Origin: the human T2T-CHM13v2.0 reference genome, Homo sapiens
NCBI RefSeq assembly: GCF_009914755.1
Contig: NC_060931.1
Length of the DNA: 64,000 nt
Reading direction: 5' to 3' (one strand)
Position 1 is the stretch's first letter. Each line of letters opens with the position of its first letter. The notes beneath the pieces are model-generated. The model saw nothing but the letters and a program-made list of their open reading frames with translations. It made no database searches and was not told the origin of the DNA. Positions 56,201 through 64,000 of the stretch are shown piece by piece. The position numbers and the translations under genes were made by a program.

Positions 56201-56639
56201 TATATTAAAACATCACGTTATATACCTTAATTATATACAAGTTTTATTTGTCAATCATACCTCAATAAAGCTGAAAAATAAAAAGAAATGAGTTTTTTCT
56301 TAAAATCATTATCAAAAGAAAATTAAAAGCTGTACTGAGCTAAATACATTTCTCTAATGCGTAGGTTTCTTTCCTTTTTTTTTTCCTTTGGCACAGAAAC
56401 AGATTCTTTGTGATTTCTAAGGGTGTGGTATTTATGTGACCAACAGAGTATCTGAAGTTTATAATTCAGAATCATAGCTTGTACTAATGTGAACTTTCTT
56501 TCTCTTTCTCTTTTTTTAACTTATTAAATAAAGGATGTGTACTTGGTGCCCTTAAGATCCATTATAAAAGAAATCCCTGATTTTTTTTTAATTTTAATCA
56601 TTGGTTATGTTGAGCTCACTAAGGAAAAAAACAAAAAGA

Positions 56640-56850
56640 CAATGTAGTGGAAAGAGGATTTGGCATGAGACAGTCATGGATTTGAATGCTGGCTCCATCA
56701 CTGGTTAAACTACTTCATCTCTCTGAGTCTGTTTCCACATGTGGATAATGGATATAAAACCTATATTCCAAAATTGCTGTGAGAAGGAAATATGCTAACG
56801 TATTGAAATTGCCTTGCAGAGTTGGTACTCTGTAAAAGTTGCCATTCTTG
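56640..56850 (+). mobile_element. MIR
   Basis: TGTAGTGGAAAGAG...CTCTCTGAGTCTGTTTCCACATGTG. Confidence 0.65.
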
Positions 56851-58264
56851 TTTGTTAGAGCTTTTTCTCTAACATTTGACTATAGACCTCTCCTCTCTAG
56901 TTCAGCCTCCATGGCCTGTTCCCACTGAGATCTATCCATAAGACCTTCCGGATGGCTTTTAGGACTGTCCTTTACATCTGGCAATAGCCTGACATCCCGC
57001 CTACGTTTAGAAAAATTTTCTAGCTTCCCATCCGTGTAGGAGCAAATTCCTGATATGCAATACTCACTTTGCCCAGACAGGGGATTGCCACATGAGAGTC
57101 CTCTTCCTGGTCTCTGGTGGTCAGCCGACCTGATGTCTGACACAGCATACCAATTATATTGCAGTTGAGATCTCACTGAGTTCAAAATGTCTAGCACAAC
57201 AGGAGAATTAGTCTTAAGGAAGTTAAACACAATAGTGATCCAAAACCAAGAGTTTCTGAAAAGGGGGCAAAAGAATGGCCTCATGTCTGTCACTTCCTTA
57301 AACCCTAGAAAGTATCCCCTGAATAAGGGTCACCAATGGTATTTAAGTCAGCTTCTTGATATTTGAAGAACAATGTGTCTTTGAACTTTCGTAATAGTGA
57401 TTTCACTTCTTTGTGATCTCCCTGAATTCCCTTTTATATTTAAAATGTTCCTTTTGTCCTGAATTTCTTCTCAAGTTTAAAAATAGCCGTTTGACTACAG
57501 GCATTTCATGTGAGCACATCAAAGAAAGCTACAAATCTTCTTTGTATCTTATGACACACTCTAAATAAAACTCAGATTTTTGTTCTTGATTCACTTTTAC
57601 ATTGTAAGTTAAAATTACTCATTTCTATTGTGTCATATCACATCAATGCTCATTGGTTTATCAAATGTATTTGGAAGCAAGTGATCCACCCAAAAACTAA
57701 GTTATTTAGGAACAAGAGTCTTCCCTTGGTTAGGAAAAATGTGTATGTAACACGCTTGACAACATTTGAGTCAATAAAGGCAGGCAGCATTTTCAGAAAG
57801 GCATTCAGGAAGCAGAATACCATTACTTCAGGTACGTGTATGGATGCGACCTAAAAATAATCTTTGCTTTTAGAGTTAAAACAAAAATATTCTTTTCTAT
57901 ACATACGCACGTTGTCACACCCACTCCTACTAAAATCTACTGAGAATTCTTAAAATAATGTGTTATCAGTTAAAATAGAGGAAAAGGCCATGACATTTAT
58001 TATAAATAGCTCTTGCTACTTGACTCATTTCTGATGTAATGGGGGATATCAGTGCTTGGATTCTGGATACTTCAATCTTGGAACAGGAAGAGGCATCAGT
58101 AGATCATCTAGTTTATTATCAATGGCATAACTACTCTTCTTATTTTCCAACACAGAGTCATGCTTAATATGAATTTGTCAATTCATCTTTAAGCCTTGAA
58201 TATCTTTTTATTGGCCAAGAACACTCTAAATTATTGCTTCCCAAACTATCTGCAGTGAAGGATC

Positions 58265-58780
58265 TGTATTAGTTATCAATCACTGAGTTACAAACTATCC
58301 CAAAATTTAGGAGCTTAAATAATCCACATTTATAATCTTACAGTTTCCTTGACTCAAGAATCTAGGAGCAATTAGCTGGTAGATTCTGGCTCATGGTTTC
58401 TCTTGAGGTAGTAGTCAAGCTGTTGAGTAGGGCTGCAGTCATCTGTGGCTAGGAAATCTGCTTCTAAGCTCACTCATGGTAGTTGGCAGGTCTCAGTTCC
58501 TTGTTGACTTTTGGCCATATACTTTCACTTTTTGCCCTGTGAGTTTCTTCATAAGGCTGCTGACAACATGACCTTCCTTGTGTGAATAAGCTGAGAGAGC
58601 CCGAGATGGAGCCCATGGTCTTTTGCAATCTTATCTTGGAAGTGACTTAACCATCACTTCTACCATAGGTTATTGATCACACAGGTCAATCTTCTTACAG
58701 TGTAAGGTGGGGTGTGAATTCATAAGGGTGTGAATACCAGGATGCTGGGATCATTGGTGGACATCTTAGAAGCTGGCTAA
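58265..58780 (-). mobile_element. MaLR LTR (MLT1F/H-like)
   Basis: TGTATTAGTTATC start; GGGCTGCAGTCATCTG; GTGTGAATACCAGGA. Confidence 0.75.
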
Positions 58781-59329
58781 AGACCTTGTTTCTTTTTAGG
58801 ATGTTCAACCTATCACAGATTGAATACATTTATTTGCTGTCCTTGTTAATGCAATATTGCTTCCACAATTAGGCTTATGACTTCCAGGAGGACAGGCATT
58901 TTATCTTATTCATGATTGTATTCTCATCATCTAGCAGAATGTTTACCACATTGTTGATATTCAATGACTATTTGTTGATGGAATTGATAAGTATGCATAC
59001 TATTTTTAAAACTGCTAAAATAAAGAAAATCCATAGCTTCAAGTAACAATTTTATTTAGGTAATTAACATCTTGGGGTTAGGTTATGTTAATTATACCAA
59101 AACTAAATCTGCTATACTGAAGTTTAAACTTATTTCTTCACATTAAAGTCTCTATTCACACTGATCATCTACAGTGTGCACACATTGTATTATGTTAGGA
59201 ATGCACAGATAATATAACATCCCCCCACCAAATCGAGAGAGTAAACTAAAAGTAGAGACATAATAACCACGAAACACCTCTTCATGGGGTCTTCTGTAAT
59301 CCCCCTCATGTTTCCTCGGTTAAAGAAAA

Positions 59330-59696
59330 GATAGCAAGTTAAAAATGGAGTTACTCATGCTAAGGCTCCACACCACCAAACTGAAACCTAAGTTGATTAC
59401 TTGTAAGATCTGATCTTCCAAGAAATCAAGAGGAAGATAATAGCCAAATCTCATTGAACCAACATGTTTTTGTTTACATCCCTACCAGGAAAGTAACCTT
59501 GAAATGGCCAATCCACTATTTGTCCCTTTTTCCTGCTTTCTTTCCCTTTTTTCTGCCTGTAAAACTCACCCGCTCAGTTTAGTTCATCAGAACTCCCTTC
59601 TAATTTACAGATTGAATGCTGTCTGATTCATGAATCACTAATAAAAAGCTAATTAGGTCTCTGAAACTCAATTTGTTGAAACTTTGATCTTTGACA
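59330..59696 (+). mobile_element. ERV1 LTR (MER67/MER31 group)
   Basis: AAAATGGAGTTACTCATGCTAA...AATAAA...CTTTGACA. Confidence 0.7.
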
Positions 59697-60786
59697 CCTC
59701 TAACTCAGTACCTAACATATTAATCTGTTTTGTTTTCATGATAGGATTTAGCCTGTTTGAGGTAAGATGGAATCTATTACTCTTTCCTATAAATCCTGTT
59801 TCAGATTTTCTGTGATGAGGTGTAAAATTCTGCTTTGTTTCATTTATGCTTTCACTTAAAGTCTTACTTCTCAACATTTTAATCACTGTTACGTTTTTAC
59901 TCTGAGTCCTCATCCTCTCCCTGGTTTTTAAATTTAAGTTGTGGAGTCACAATATGAGCACGAGATTCTTGTGTCTATTCAATGATTTTGCTTTTATAAT
60001 TTACATTACCTAATTTAGTTAAGAACTAAGTGATGTCAATGGGTGTTTTGCATGAATAAGGACTGCAAGTGAATCTCTTCAAATTAAATGGAAATTAAAG
60101 AGACATTTTCAAGGACATTTGTTCTGAAAATTGATCTGCTTTGCAATTATCCATATGTAAAATTATTTTTCAGTAGTCATGGAAATAACAGATAGCCCAC
60201 TAACCCAAGATTAGTAGAGCAGACCATTTCCTTGGGATTTATAAAACTTTGAATATGAGAAGCATTTTTTAAAAATTTAATTTTTACCTGTTCATTTGTT
60301 AAATGTTGGGTGGTGGAGGGCTGAGAACAGACATTTAATGGAGTTCTGCTTGGTGCTAGGCTATGAACTGGACACTTCATTTACTGCATGAATTATTTCA
60401 CTGGATCTTTAGAACAACCCTGCTTCGGCAGACTAGTGTGTGATTTTACAGCGAAGGAAACAGATGCTCAAGAAAGTGAAAGGATTCACCCAAAGTCATA
60501 GAGCCAGCAAATGAACCAACAGAGCCCCTCCGACTGTGAATAGCTGGTTGCTAGTTAATTGTTCAGGTCTGATTGCAAGCCCTTTCTAATGTGCAATCTA
60601 AACACCTGTGATTACACAATAAACAGAAGGACACAGTTTCCCGAAGTATATCCGGAGGAAAGAACATTATGTTGGAATGATAATAGAAGTTATCTGGAAA
60701 CGAAAAACAAAAAGTTGCCAGGGTAAGTTTGAACGTTTGAGAAATGTTGGGTTGGACACAATTAAACTGATTTTAAACAACGTTAA

Positions 60787-61105
<319 letters not shown>

Positions 61106-61128
61106 CCGTTCTGGCAGTTTTCAAAGCC

Positions 61129-61445
<317 letters not shown>

Positions 61446-62184
61446 TTTTCAAAGCCTTTAATAAGAAAATGTTTCCTGTGAGTAAATCTCAGGGTAGTGT
61501 TTTGGTGGGGAGGATGCCTCCAAGAGATGGGGATGTGGAGCCAGGATGAGGTAAGGACAGACTACGCTAAAATTTCCAAATGTGTTTGATTATTTTATTC
61601 CCTTGGCAAAACATCTTGTAAGACTGATGCTCTATGGATTACAGTTTGTGAAATATGTGTCTAAATTATGACAGTAAAAACAATAAAATAATTTTCAGGG
61701 AGTTTACCATGAGAACTGCTAAATATATTGATTCGATATCACCACGTAGACATAAAAATGCTGTTTTCTAAGAGAAGGTTATAATAAGACTAGTGTAAGT
61801 TGGTATCAGTTAATATTATCTGAAATGATTGCTCGAGGCACATTTCCTTTTCTTTGCCTTTTTTCCCATCTCTATGTTTCTTTTTTCTTCTATGGTGCCC
61901 TGAGTCTATCAGTTCATCAGGTACCACTTAGTCATCTAGGAAAATGGAGAAATTGTTTCACATTTAGAATACCAGGAACAGTTTTTTGTAGAGACTTGAT
62001 GTTTCTGAATAGCTCATCAGTTTGCTCAAATTTTAGGTTGATAAAATTTTTAAAAAAGGTATTGAAAGGTCAACATTAAACTAACAACATTTTATTTTGT
62101 CAGATAAGAACACGGCTATTGTAAAGATGGTGAATACGTATTTATCATACTCTTAACATTTTTCAATATACTATGTATTGTATT

Positions 62185-62360
62185 GAAAAATGCTGAGTAG
62201 ATTTTAAGCATTTTCACCACAAAAACGATAGCTATGTGAGGTAGTGAATATGTTAATTAACTCCATTTAGCCATTCCACAATGTATATATATTTCAAACA
62301 TCATGTTGTATATGGTAAATATATACAATTTTATTTGTCAGTTAAAAGCAACAACAACAA
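62185..62360 (+). mobile_element. L1M 3' end
   Basis: AAATGCTGAGTAGATTTTAAG...TATACAATTTTATTTGTCA. Confidence 0.8.
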
Positions 62361-62429
62361 AAAAGGTGGGGGGAGTAACCTACTTTTGACTATCAAATTG
62401 TTTTATGAAAAGAATACGTTTGTTCAATT

Positions 62430-62886
62430 AAATTTCTAGGAAGCCATTGGTTTGGAATGAACTCCTCTACTACACTCAACAGACCAAAACAAAATGGAGT
62501 TATTCACACTGACGTTTCAAACCACCAAGTAGAAATTAAGCATTTATCTGATACTCGGTGAAATCAGGAAAGAGAGATAATAGCCAATTCCCCACAAGCT
62601 ACTTTTAGCCAGTATGATGAGGAAGTCCCCTCTGCTTAGACCTTTACAAAAAACAAACAAACAAACAAACAAAAACATCCTTAGAAAATACCAGTCTGCT
62701 TTTGTTTTTTGATTCTGTTTTCCTCAGCTCTTTTCTGTCTACGTTAATAAAACCAAGTTTCTCTGCTGGGCTCATCAGAACACACATTCTATTTTATGGA
62801 ATGAGGTGTTGCTCCAGCAATAGAATAGTAAATAAAACCCAGTTATGATCTTTATACTAAAGTTGTTTAAATTTTGTCCATTGATG
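62430..62886 (+). mobile_element. MER31-like ERV1 LTR
   Basis: GCCATTGGTTTGG...CAACAGACCAAAACAAAATGGAGT...GGAAGTCCCCTCTGCT. Confidence 0.75.
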
Positions 62887-62955
62887 CATTTTAACAAAAA
62901 ATAAAATGGTACAAAGAACATACACTTAGAATAAGTTCTATATGTTAAATATAAA

Positions 62956-63257
<302 letters not shown>

Positions 63258-63299
63258 TCACAGATACTTCAATAAGACAGGCTGCATCACCCATGGTAT

Positions 63300-63929
63300 T
63301 ACTGGGGCTCAGAACACAATATCCCGAAGTGTGGTGGCTTGGAGTGATAGGTACTTTGAACTGAAGGATATTGAAAAGGCCTCAGAAGCAAGATCTGTCT
63401 GACCTTCTCCAGTCCTGCTGTCTCCTCTCCCCCTCCCACACTTTCTCTACTGAAGCAAGTTATTGAAAGCAGAATTCAACTTCCCCAAGGCAGGTCAAAA
63501 AACTAGAACCCTTCTTCCCCAAAGTAAGCCATAAAACCTGGAAAGGTTACTCTCTTCCCTCTCCCTTCTCCCTGATGATCTCTATTCCAGAGGAGTCCTG
63601 CCCCATATCTGGGATGCAGAAATGCTACACTGAACGACCAAGAAGAATATGAACAGACAGGCTTTGTTGGGTTTCCCCCCTCAGTCTGTTACCATAAGAT
63701 CATACTGTTTTGTCCAGTCATATTTCTACCTGGCTGTCCATTCTTCATCAAACCTAAGCATCAAAAGACAGTTTTCCCTGGATCTTCAGGTCTTCATTTC
63801 TGAGGTTTCCCATGTAATTTAAATACATTCGTTACGCTTTTCTCTTGTTAACCTGTCTTTTGTTATTGGAGTGTTGGCCATGACACTTACGATGGGTGAA
63901 GAGAAGTATTACACTTTTCTGTCCCTACA
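63300..63929 (+). mobile_element. MER39/MER34-family ERV1 solo LTR
   Basis: GGGGCTCAGAACA start, CCCTACA end, 4-bp TSD GTAT. Confidence 0.75.
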
Positions 63930-64000
63930 GTATTCTCTATTTTGTATTAGTTGTTTCTATTGTTTCTTCAGAGAATGTGAGAAAAGTTACTTTATTGGCG

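Larger units (their letters stand above)
54745..56285 (+). mobile_element. L1M 3' end, split by nested insertions (L1 parts about 54745-54856 and 56201-56285)
   Basis: GTAACTATGTGCAGTGATGGATATGCTAAT on the left continues as AAAACATCACGTTATATACC...CCTCAATAAAGCTG on the right. Confidence 0.8.

Noticed and set aside
60421-60431. GCTTCGGCAG resembling the U6 snRNA 5' end
   Set aside because: Only about 10 nt, inside a MIR-like remnant

Overview
Primate (human-type, AluY-containing) genomic DNA carrying the 5' half of the ETS transcription factor gene ETV1 (ER81, PEA3 subfamily; 7p21 from prior knowledge) on the minus strand. Four spliced coding exons (47040-47084, 46118-46205, 44670-44717, 35461-35514) give ETV1 residues 1-78: the acidic transactivation domain and the COP1 VP degrons. 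They are missed by the ORF track because they are short. Also present are two non-coding 5' exons, two alternative coding first exons (MLQDLS..., MSGRGD...) and a CpG-rich double promoter (about 47.3-49.9 kb). Positions 1-35460 are one long intron whose downstream exon lies outside the window. Positions above about 50 kb are upstream flank rich in Alu, L1, LTR and DNA-transposon remnants. Almost all ORFs in the supplied track are Alu-derived or chance ORFs. The most unusual items are a non-transposon 39-bp-stem hairpin that is fully paired only in the ETV1 sense RNA (26503-26590), a degron-encoding cassette exon with a recursive-splice-like acceptor, a uORF-rich leader, and an alternative first exon that resembles part of the neighbouring constitutive exon. 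Repeat subfamily names are by recalled consensus, not by a database search. Exon numbers follow my recollection of the main transcript.
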